Source: Candidatus Omnitrophota bacterium (GTDB lineage Bacteria > Omnitrophota > Gorgyraeia > Zapsychrales > Zapsychraceae). Taken from it: a DNA stretch of 11,999 nucleotides. Of this stretch, positions 4,782 through 11,999 are shown one piece after another. The position numbers and the translations under genes are program-made. Location: contig JAIORP010000176.1 in the NCBI GenBank assembly GCA_021108075.1, forward strand, positions 1-11,999. The letters run 5' to 3'. A model generated the notes under the pieces. The model ran no database searches. It saw nothing but the letters and a program-made list of their open reading frames with translations, and was not told the origin of the DNA. Numbering within the stretch: the stretch's first letter is position 1; each line of letters begins with the position of its first letter.

Positions 4782-7700
4782 GGCACGGTTCTAGGTTTAC
4801 CAGAACCAGGCAAAATGGTCGAAATGACTGACGCCTATGCTGCACCAGCTGTCATTGGATTGGCCATTCACGCCGATGATCCTTTGGAATTTGATTTTAT
4901 TTTGGACATGGGCGAAGAAACACTTGATGATGCTAATATCAGGTCCGTTTCTGAAAAACTCATTAAATATTTTCTTGCCGGGCTCACAGTTCCCCCTGAA
5001 GATCTGTGGGTCAACTTATCGCCATATGAACAAGGCAAGATCATCCCTAACGCGTTGGGTGATACGGAAATGGGCCGTGATTTGCTCGCGCAGGATTATG
5101 TCCTTAAGCAAATTTCCGCGTCCATCATGCACCCGGAAAAAGAAGTTGGTGAGCAGTTTTGGAACAAGATCTACGAAAAGGCATTAGAAATTTATGGTAC
5201 GATCGATATTCCGACCAACACTTTCAACAAAATTTGGGTTATTCCGGACGAAGCTTTTGTCTACGAGTCAAATGGTGTTGCTTATGTTGTTAATAGCCAT
5301 TTGAAAGTCATGCTTGAAGAAGACTATCTTGTCATGAAAGAAAACATGGACAGCGATGAGTTTGGAGCTCAGGACATTGAGGATGCAGATGTGGAAAGAA
5401 TTAACAAGCTCTCGACGGACATTTATCGGGAAGTTTTACTGCCCGTTATTGAGAAAGAAGTCAATGAAGGCAAACTTTTCGCTAACCTTCGTCAAATTTA
5501 TAACTCCATGATCCTCGCCTCATGGTATAAGGAAGCGTTGAGGGAAAGCATTTTAACGCGGGTGTATGCCAATAAGAATTTAACGTCAGGGATCAATGTG
5601 AGTGATGTCCTTGTTAGCAACAAGATTTATGAGCAGTATGTTTCTTCTTTCGAGAAAGGCGCGTACAACATCCTAAAGAAAGAATTTGACCCGAAGACAA
5701 AAGGGATAATCACCCGACGCTATTTTTCCGGCGGTTTTTACGGCGGAGGAATTGAGCGTGAAGTCGGCAACAAGATGGCCCGCAGTTCTTCGACGAACTT
5801 AGTCAGCGAATTTACAACAAACCAGTCAGACGTGAAAGTTACATTCAGGGATAGTTTGGCGGCAACAAATTTATCGCCCCGTAACAAGGCTAAATTGTTT
5901 TCCGCGATGACGGACTTGGCCAAGCAACAACCCGGTGTTTTTACGAACCAAAAACGCTTGTCGAATGCCTTGCAACAACGGTTGCCAGCCATTAATTTTA
6001 CTCCGGAAGTTATGACAGCGATTAACGATGTTGCCAAAACACAGTTGACGAAAAAGATCAGCAAAGATTTTACTCCGCAACTGGAGCGTAACATTGAAGT
6101 ATCCTCGTTACCGCAGCCTCAAAAAATTGAAATACGGCAAACTGTTTCAGCGATCGCTAAGTCCGTTCCTTTTGCTGTTGCGAGCAGTGAGTCTGTTTTG
6201 GCTGATGAACTCATTAAACGTGGGGTCTCGCCGCAAACCGTTAACCAGGCCCGTACCCAGGGTGTTTTAGCGCGAGTGGTCACTGACTACAAGGCTGTCT
6301 CAAATAAAATTAATCAGGCTAATTTGGCGAGTTTACCGAAACAACGTCAGACGCAGGTTATTAATTTTATGGATAAGTTAGAAGATAAAAGAGAAGATAA
6401 AAGGCTCATGCGCGTTAACACAAAATTAAGTGAGTCTCAAAGAACAGGCACCGACGGAGCGATGTTGATGGCGATGGCTCCTGCGGCATATGCTGATGAT
6501 TACAGCGTTAATGAAATCGTCGGGGCTTTAGAGCAATCGCGACAATCACCACGGACCCTGGAGACACGATTGGTTCAATCAGGGTATACTCCGCAACGTG
6601 CCGCTGTTGTTGTTGAGGCCGCGCAAAGTTTTTACAACAGCAATGAACAGGCCATTAGAACGGCAAAAACACCGGAAGATTTAATTGTTTTAGCCGTTAA
6701 TGATAATCGTCTGGACTTTCGGAACATTGCACCGATGATCATGAATCCGAGTTTTGTCTCCTCCGCCCAGGTGTTGCCGGATTATTCAAACAAAGCGGCC
6801 ATCATGAACGCGGGTTATCAGCAAACAATGGGTAATGCCATGAGTTTAGATGACGCTTCCATAAAGCAAAGTCTTATGGATACGGGCATGCCTGAATCAA
6901 CTGCGTCAAAGAAGGTGAAAGACTGGAACACGTTTAAAACACGTCAGCCCGTCGAAGTTCAAAACCGGCTTTCTTCCATGACCCTTCCTGAAGTGTTGAC
7001 GATTGCACCAACGTCAGCGACTCCGGTTGTGTTAGACGTTTTTTCAGCCACGTCTTCAACAGGTTCAACGTCTGAAATCGGCAGCATGTCCAGACAGATA
7101 TCACGTGATGCTTTCGCGCATACGTTTACAATGTCACAGCAAAGCATTGAAAGCGGATTAATGCTGGCAACAGATAGCGCGGACACGGCACAATCGACAG
7201 CACAGCTATTTAAAGACGTTATATCCCGTCCAGGGGCGGAAAGGGCCTTTGTCGGCGCGGATACCATGCCGAAGTTTATCAGCAACATGATTTCAGAAGG
7301 AGTGATTAAACCTAATGAAGGGAAACAATTAAAACCAATGCTGGAAGCAAATTTTCAATCTTTTTCTGCCGCTCAAGCAGACACACAACCAATGCTTACC
7401 ACCGGTGTCAGTTTGGAACGAAAAGCCATTGACACCATCAAGGCCAATATTTCTTCTCCGACTGTGATCGCCAAAACAATTACTCCTGTTGTTGGTCGAG
7501 AAAAAGCCATTGAAATCTCAAATAAGATCGCTGCGAATGAATCAACCGTAAGGGCGATCGCATCATTACCGGATCTTGTTACGGCTATTCCAGAGACAGC
7601 GCCGTTACTTAAATCAGACGCAACAATTGCCCTGGCGATACAAAGTAAGGATGTGCATATCGCGGATATTGCCGCATATCAAACACGTCAAAAAGGATCA

Positions 7701-10700
7701 GCCGACATCTTCAGGCAAGTTGACAGCAAGTCTTATATTAGTTCTGCGTTGAGATCCGGATCATCTTCACTCTCATCCAGCCAAAAAGAACAAGTGGCTA
7801 ATTTTGTTGGTAAGCAGTTAAAAGACAACCCGGAATTAAAGCAACGGATTGTCAACCAGGGTATGGACGCATTAACGGAACTGGCCGCGCAACAACCAAT
7901 GGTCGCGCAATTGTTTAATGCCGACGTGACATCAAGACTCAATCAAGCTGCCCGCGGCAACAGAAGCTCCGAACAACAAGTTGCGATCGAACAAGTTGGC
8001 ATGGGAACGCTGACCCAATTATCAAGTGCGACAGCCGCGGATATCAGACCGATGGTCAGTAATATCAGCCAAAGGGTCGATCCGAAAAATGCGCCGTCTA
8101 GAACAAAGGAGATGATGAACGATGTTTCAGCCTTTTTGTCGTCACCAGAGGTTAAAACGGAAATGGCGGCCTTATCTCAAGGACGTTCTTCCGTTAGCAA
8201 TGTTTTGGATAAAGCCCCATCACCGCGTGTTAAAGAAACGATGGCATTGATTATGAATGATCCAGATATGTCATCAACCCTGGCTTCCCGTTCGGGGGTG
8301 CTACCACAAACAGTTGTCCGGGATGTCGTTTCTTTTTCAAATAAACAAGCAGCCAGTATAGTCAATACTGGTGATGTAAAGATATTCCAAAAAGCTTTAG
8401 CGAATGCGAATGTTCCTGTTCGTGATATTACAACATTAACGAACGTGATGGACCGCGTTGTGCTAAGCGGTACGCAAATATCACAGATGAGTGACCTGAT
8501 GAATGTTGCATCAACAGATACAGAAAGAATGGCAATTGTATCCTTGATGACGGATACAAAGGCCATCTCGTCATTAAGTTCAACAGCATCGAATTTGTCA
8601 AGTCGGATCGGGTTGCGTGATATCAATGCTCCGTCAAAGATCAACTTTTATGCCACGCAGGCCTTGAAGGATTTAGATGAAGACACGATGACGGAAGTTT
8701 TGCAAAATGTTGTTGAGACTCCGCGACAGGCAAGACAAATTGCCCGAACGGTTGTTGATATGCGGCAACGCGGTCGAATTACGGACAACACGTTAAGCTT
8801 ATCTGATGTTGTTTCCAACGCGACGTCAACGGCTTCAGCGAAGCAATTGTCGACGTTAGGGGATAAAAAGGTCCAGGTCGCGCTTTATCAAGCCGGACAG
8901 CTACAAAGCAACAGTACCTATACACCGCAACTGTTTGACGCGGCTCAGCGAACAGCCTTGCAGGTCGCGGTGAATATGGACCAGAATCAAGTGGAACAAA
9001 TGGTCACGCAAATAGCAAAGACGACCCTGCCGAACGTGAGCACTACTGATATTAAAAGGGCATCACAATCTCTCAGCCGCACGTTTGAAGGTCCTGAGTT
9101 TAAAGCCGCGTTATCCCGGGGAAAAGTTTCTTCCTTAAAGGATGTCGCCCAATATGCGTCTGACGGCGATAAAATTAATCTGGCGATGTTTTCTCAACCT
9201 GTGATAGTCAATGCGTTTGTTAATAAGGCAACCTCTACCGGCTCGTCAGACTATGTTAGCTTGGGCCGAATGGAGCTCGGAAGTTTTCAACAATTGCAAC
9301 AGATGAGTGGTCGTGATGTTCGGAATTTCATGATCGATAAAGGGGTTGATGCAACAACCGCACGTCAAATGGAAAAATCATTCTCGCCAGCTATCTTCAA
9401 GGGCGTCAGCAATGTTGGTGAGTTAACATCTAAAGTTGCTAACTTACCCGATATGCCGGAACAACAAAAACGTGACATCGTTCAAATCGCTCAGACAGCT
9501 GTTATTGGCATTGAAAACAAGAGTTTACCGGTGTCCGCTTCACAGCAATCAGCGATTGTTTCAAATACGTACCAGAAGGCCGTGACAGGCATCAGCCTTA
9601 ACCTTGATAAGCCTGAAATCATTCAAGCGAACTTGGTTGCTTCAGGTCTCAGCCCAATGCAGGCCATTAACACCGTTAATACCTTGAGTGATTTTGCCCA
9701 GTCACAAGCTGGTCAGGCGGCATTATCAACAGCTAAATCACCCATGGATTTTGTTATGCAGGCACCGCAGGATTTTCGGAAAGATTTAACGCCGATTGCC
9801 GATACCAAATTTACGGCATTGATGGCTAATGAAGCCCCGACATTAACAGCCCCGCAAATGGCTTCCGTCCGCACGTCTTACAAAACGGCTGGAAAGACAT
9901 TATCCTCGATATCCAGCACGAATGTTTCGAACTTCAAAGGTCAATTGGGTCGATCCGGTGCATCAAAGGCAGACATCGATATGACTGCCGATGCTGTTGT
10001 GGCGATCAACAGAAGCATGACTGCCATTGAACTGGATACCGCGACACCACAAACGTATATCGCTAAAGCAAGAACACCGCAGGAAGCCGTTGCGATGGTG
10101 AATGTCTTCAACAATAGTAAAGCGGTTGTCAGTTTGGCGTCTCAAAACATGAACATCTCTGCCGGTGAAGCCACTCAAATTTCCATAGCAAACCGTCAAT
10201 TGACATCAAACGCTTTTCAAGGTTTGGTTATGGATGGGGCGGCAAATATTCGTTCAAACGCGATCGGGGCTTTAAAAGCTTCGGGACAGTCCAGAGAGAT
10301 CGGGCGTGTTTCGGACGCGTTGAGAAAAGTGGAAGCCAGTCCGCAGGCAATGGCTCAATTTGTGCAATCAGGTTCTATTTCCAGATTACCTGAAATCGCT
10401 ATGGCGAATAATTTGGATGTGAATATTAATGACTTCAGCCCATTGATGGACCCTGATATCATGTCTAACCTCAGTTCCTCATTTGATCGCGCGACGTCAA
10501 ACCAGGCTTCATTGGCGCGTGAGATTATTGTTAATGACACCATTCAAGCGATGCCTAAACTGAAATCGAATGAAGTGCGCGACGTTGTCGTCAAGATTTT
10601 CGGAGAAAGCAACGCGGGTCAAGTTATGGCCAATTATGACAACTTTAAAAACACACCCGGTATTGGCCGAAAGATCCGGTCCGGCGCTTCGATGAATGAA

Positions 10701-11675
10701 GTTTTAGACTTTGTCGCCGAATCTTCACCTTCAGTCGTTCCTCAGATAGCCGTGATGTTGAACAGCCCGCAATTCGTTGAGCTAGCGGCAAAGACGTCAG
10801 GAAATATTTCTCCCGGCGTCGCGCGCAATACATTGGTTATGGAAAACGCGAGCGCGACAGCGACGTTTCAGGCATCTATCACAGAAAGAAATATGCCTAT
10901 TGTGAGCGCTGCGTTGACAGAAAACGGTTACAGCCGCAGCAATGTCAATGAGTTTAGATCAACGATGACGAACATTATGGATAGAGAAGGTGGTGCTGTT
11001 AATATCAGCAGCCCGGCAGACATTCTCCAATATGCCCGGACACCGCAGGAAGTACAGTCCTTAATGCCGATGACCAATTCTAAAGTTATCTCTTCTTTAG
11101 GTCGCAGGGCTATTGTGAGAAAAGCATCAATCGTGCAGAACATTGAATTTGAAACAGCAAGCCGTATTTCCATCACGAGTGAAACGGAGTTGTCTCGTCC
11201 GATCACTAAAGTTTACGGGGCGTCAGCCGCTCAAGAGAGTATTAATGCTTTAAGTCGTGTCAAGGCGAACCCGGCTAAAATGGCCCGTTTGCGTAGCATC
11301 ACAAATACGGCTGAATTAATGAACTTGGCTGATACTGATCAAGATGCTGTTGCTCTGGCACGTTTTGGGAATACAGCTGTTATGAATGAGTTCCTAAAAC
11401 CGATCATGAATGATCAGATTCGATTAGCCCGACAAAATAAAAAGGCAGCGACAGGGAAGAAAGGTGGTATCGACCTGAACCCGGTCTTACTGGATATGGA
11501 AATTCAACGCGATGGATCAGGTGTTCCATTACCTGTTAACCAGCAAATCCTGGATGATATTTTGATTGATGGTTTTTCACCTATTATCAATAATATTATT
11601 CCTTTAGGAAACGCGACAGGTATTCTGCATATTTCTTCACAGGTCAAAGGTGACTTGAGCCAGAAGCATAACTAG
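4659..11675 (+). CDS. Giant secreted protein of unknown function (2,338 aa): signal peptide, ~330-aa N-terminal globular domain, ~1,900-aa Cys-free S/T/A/Q/N/M-rich region with degenerate helical repeats
   Basis: Single uninterrupted 7,017-nt ORF with SD aggggga 9 nt upstream of the ATG. The N-terminus has a basic n-region (KANSNLPHR), a hydrophobic core (VLSVFVSLIFICNFVMPLSMV) and an AXA-like site (VQA/QSA). No Cys residues occur after the signal peptide. The motif (S/T)P(Q/E) recurs at helix starts (FTPEV, FTPQL, VSPQT, YTPQR, KTPED, YTPQL, ETPRQ, ARTPQE x2). There is a clear internal duplication: aa ~1804-1850 'ARTPQEAVAMVNVFNNSKAVVSLASQNMNISAGEATQISIANRQLTS' versus aa ~2126-2170 'ARTPQEVQSLMPMTNSKVISSLGRRAIVRKASIVQNIEFETASRISITS'. 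It is terminated by a strong intrinsic terminator. No LPXTG, SLH, choline-binding, autotransporter beta-barrel or RTX motifs were seen. Confidence 0.85.
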   Translation: MSINTFKANSNLPHRVLSVFVSLIFICNFVMPLSMVQAQSAGTVLGLPEPGKMVEMTDAYAAPAVIGLAIHADDPLEFDFILDMGEETLDDANIRSVSEKLIKYFLAGLTVPPEDLWVNLSPYEQGKIIPNALGDTEMGRDLLAQDYVLKQISASIMHPEKEVGEQFWNKIYEKALEIYGTIDIPTNTFNKIWVIPDEAFVYESNGVAYVVNSHLKVMLEEDYLVMKENMDSDEFGAQDIEDADVERINKLSTDIYREVLLPVIEKEVNEGKLFANLRQIYNSMILASWYKEALRESILTRVYANKNLTSGINVSDVLVSNKIYEQYVSSFEKGAYNILKKEFDPKTKGIITRRYFSGGFYGGGIEREVGNKMARSSSTNLVSEFTTNQSDVKVTFRDSLAATNLSPRNKAKLFSAMTDLAKQQPGVFTNQKRLSNALQQRLPAINFTPEVMTAINDVAKTQLTKKISKDFTPQLERNIEVSSLPQPQKIEIRQTVSAIAKSVPFAVASSESVLADELIKRGVSPQTVNQARTQGVLARVVTDYKAVSNKINQANLASLPKQRQTQVINFMDKLEDKREDKRLMRVNTKLSESQRTGTDGAMLMAMAPAAYADDYSVNEIVGALEQSRQSPRTLETRLVQSGYTPQRAAVVVEAAQSFYNSNEQAIRTAKTPEDLIVLAVNDNRLDFRNIAPMIMNPSFVSSAQVLPDYSNKAAIMNAGYQQTMGNAMSLDDASIKQSLMDTGMPESTASKKVKDWNTFKTRQPVEVQNRLSSMTLPEVLTIAPTSATPVVLDVFSATSSTGSTSEIGSMSRQISRDAFAHTFTMSQQSIESGLMLATDSADTAQSTAQLFKDVISRPGAERAFVGADTMPKFISNMISEGVIKPNEGKQLKPMLEANFQSFSAAQADTQPMLTTGVSLERKAIDTIKANISSPTVIAKTITPVVGREKAIEISNKIAANESTVRAIASLPDLVTAIPETAPLLKSDATIALAIQSKDVHIADIAAYQTRQKGSADIFRQVDSKSYISSALRSGSSSLSSSQKEQVANFVGKQLKDNPELKQRIVNQGMDALTELAAQQPMVAQLFNADVTSRLNQAARGNRSSEQQVAIEQVGMGTLTQLSSATAADIRPMVSNISQRVDPKNAPSRTKEMMNDVSAFLSSPEVKTEMAALSQGRSSVSNVLDKAPSPRVKETMALIMNDPDMSSTLASRSGVLPQTVVRDVVSFSNKQAASIVNTGDVKIFQKALANANVPVRDITTLTNVMDRVVLSGTQISQMSDLMNVASTDTERMAIVSLMTDTKAISSLSSTASNLSSRIGLRDINAPSKINFYATQALKDLDEDTMTEVLQNVVETPRQARQIARTVVDMRQRGRITDNTLSLSDVVSNATSTASAKQLSTLGDKKVQVALYQAGQLQSNSTYTPQLFDAAQRTALQVAVNMDQNQVEQMVTQIAKTTLPNVSTTDIKRASQSLSRTFEGPEFKAALSRGKVSSLKDVAQYASDGDKINLAMFSQPVIVNAFVNKATSTGSSDYVSLGRMELGSFQQLQQMSGRDVRNFMIDKGVDATTARQMEKSFSPAIFKGVSNVGELTSKVANLPDMPEQQKRDIVQIAQTAVIGIENKSLPVSASQQSAIVSNTYQKAVTGISLNLDKPEIIQANLVASGLSPMQAINTVNTLSDFAQSQAGQAALSTAKSPMDFVMQAPQDFRKDLTPIADTKFTALMANEAPTLTAPQMASVRTSYKTAGKTLSSISSTNVSNFKGQLGRSGASKADIDMTADAVVAINRSMTAIELDTATPQTYIAKARTPQEAVAMVNVFNNSKAVVSLASQNMNISAGEATQISIANRQLTSNAFQGLVMDGAANIRSNAIGALKASGQSREIGRVSDALRKVEASPQAMAQFVQSGSISRLPEIAMANNLDVNINDFSPLMDPDIMSNLSSSFDRATSNQASLAREIIVNDTIQAMPKLKSNEVRDVVVKIFGESNAGQVMANYDNFKNTPGIGRKIRSGASMNEVLDFVAESSPSVVPQIAVMLNSPQFVELAAKTSGNISPGVARNTLVMENASATATFQASITERNMPIVSAALTENGYSRSNVNEFRSTMTNIMDREGGAVNISSPADILQYARTPQEVQSLMPMTNSKVISSLGRRAIVRKASIVQNIEFETASRISITSETELSRPITKVYGASAAQESINALSRVKANPAKMARLRSITNTAELMNLADTDQDAVALARFGNTAVMNEFLKPIMNDQIRLARQNKKAATGKKGGIDLNPVLLDMEIQRDGSGVPLPVNQQILDDILIDGFSPIINNIIPLGNATGILHISSQVKGDLSQKHN

Positions 11676-11699
11676 AGATTGTTTTGATTCAATTTAAAA

Positions 11700-11730
11700 A
11701 GCCTCCGCTGCGTAAGCGGGGGCTTTTTTT
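11700..11730 (+). terminator. Rho-independent terminator of the giant gene
   Basis: a-gcctccgc-tgcgtaa-gcgggggc-t forms a 9-bp GC-rich stem (one G-U) with a 7-nt loop, followed by a U7 tract (ttttttt at 11724-11730). It starts 25 nt after the TAG stop. Confidence 0.85.
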
Positions 11731-11999
11731 GGGATGAAAGATAAACGTCGGGAGCGGCTTCCCCGCGCCTGGAAAAGAATAAGAACGATATAAAAATAAG
11801 ATATGTTTTTACTGTGTTCAGGATTTCGGAACAGGGCAATGCCATCGGTAACAGGGTCTCGTATGAATAGCAGCACCGTCAACAGAGGATCACGTCTGAA
11901 CACAACCTGATTTTTGAAGTCATATTCCTGAGAAGTTTTTTGTTATACCAAATCCATTAATAAATTGTTCTATCTTAATTCTGAAAAGCAGAATTGGTT

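Noticed and set aside
5738-10543. Several minus-strand ORFs (5738-6094, 5871-6080, 6959-7288, 7733-7942, 8177-8644, 9963-10199, 10355-10543) and plus-strand 4837-5187 inside the giant gene
   Set aside because: All are embedded antisense or out of frame within a strongly supported 7-kb CDS, have no RBS, and give Cys/Trp-rich or low-complexity translations typical of shadow ORFs.
10645-11206. Minus-strand ORFs 10645-10833 and 10928-11206
   Set aside because: Shadow ORFs inside the giant CDS.
4659-11675. Giant protein as a classical Gram-positive LPXTG adhesin, RTX toxin or autotransporter
   Set aside because: No LPXTG plus hydrophobic tail at the C-terminus, no GGxGxD nonapeptide repeats, no C-terminal beta-barrel-like alternating pattern, and no Ig-like 'VxVTxxD' repeat units. 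The C-terminus ends '...GILHISSQVKGDLSQKHN'.
11694-11903. 69-aa minus-strand ORF downstream of the giant gene
   Set aside because: No SD. Its 3' end is encoded by the terminator hairpin of the giant gene. A window-edge minus-strand gene cannot be excluded, but nothing supports this one.
1-11999. Search for CRISPR arrays, tRNA/rRNA genes, IS elements or transposase fragments
   Set aside because: No regularly spaced direct repeats, no tRNA-like T-loop/acceptor architecture (the 'gattcgaatgc' at ~786 lacks flanking stems), and no terminal inverted repeats or transposase/integrase-like ORFs in the window.

Overview
This window reads as an accessory-looking locus, with strong Shine-Dalgarno sites, sigma-70-like promoters and T-tailed hairpin terminators. 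The calls below are on both strands of the window, with CDS calls on the + strand.

- **1-988, no convincing gene.** This ~1 kb A/T-rich stretch holds an 8-codon mini-ORF with a perfect ribosome-binding site, short direct repeats and hairpins. It may be a regulatory or small-RNA region.
- **989-1399, Nudix hydrolase.** A small stand-alone gene with a perfect Nudix box.
- **1525-4167, three-gene operon.** A ~200-aa protein with a Cro/CII-type helix-turn-helix, then a YqiJ/NfeD-type membrane protein, then a flotillin-like SPFH protein (FloT/YqiK family), translationally coupled or tightly spaced. The flotillin and NfeD pairing is well established. The CII-like partner gene is unusual. The order and sizes recall the cII-beta-gop cassette of satellite phage P4, which is reported as an anti-phage module; this is a hypothesis, not something I have verified.
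- **4168-4658, long intergenic region.** It carries a near-perfect A/T-rich palindrome and a consensus promoter.
- **4659-11675, one 7,017-nt gene.** It encodes a 2,338-aa secreted protein with a long signal peptide and a ~330-aa N-terminal domain I cannot place in any family. The remaining ~1,900 aa are S/T/A/Q/N/M-rich and Cys-free, with degenerate helical repeats marked by a recurrent (S/T)P(Q/E) motif and one clear ancient ~320-aa internal duplication. It has no LPXTG, choline-binding or other recognisable anchoring signal.
- **11700-11730, strong intrinsic terminator.**

I found no tRNA, rRNA, CRISPR array or transposase.
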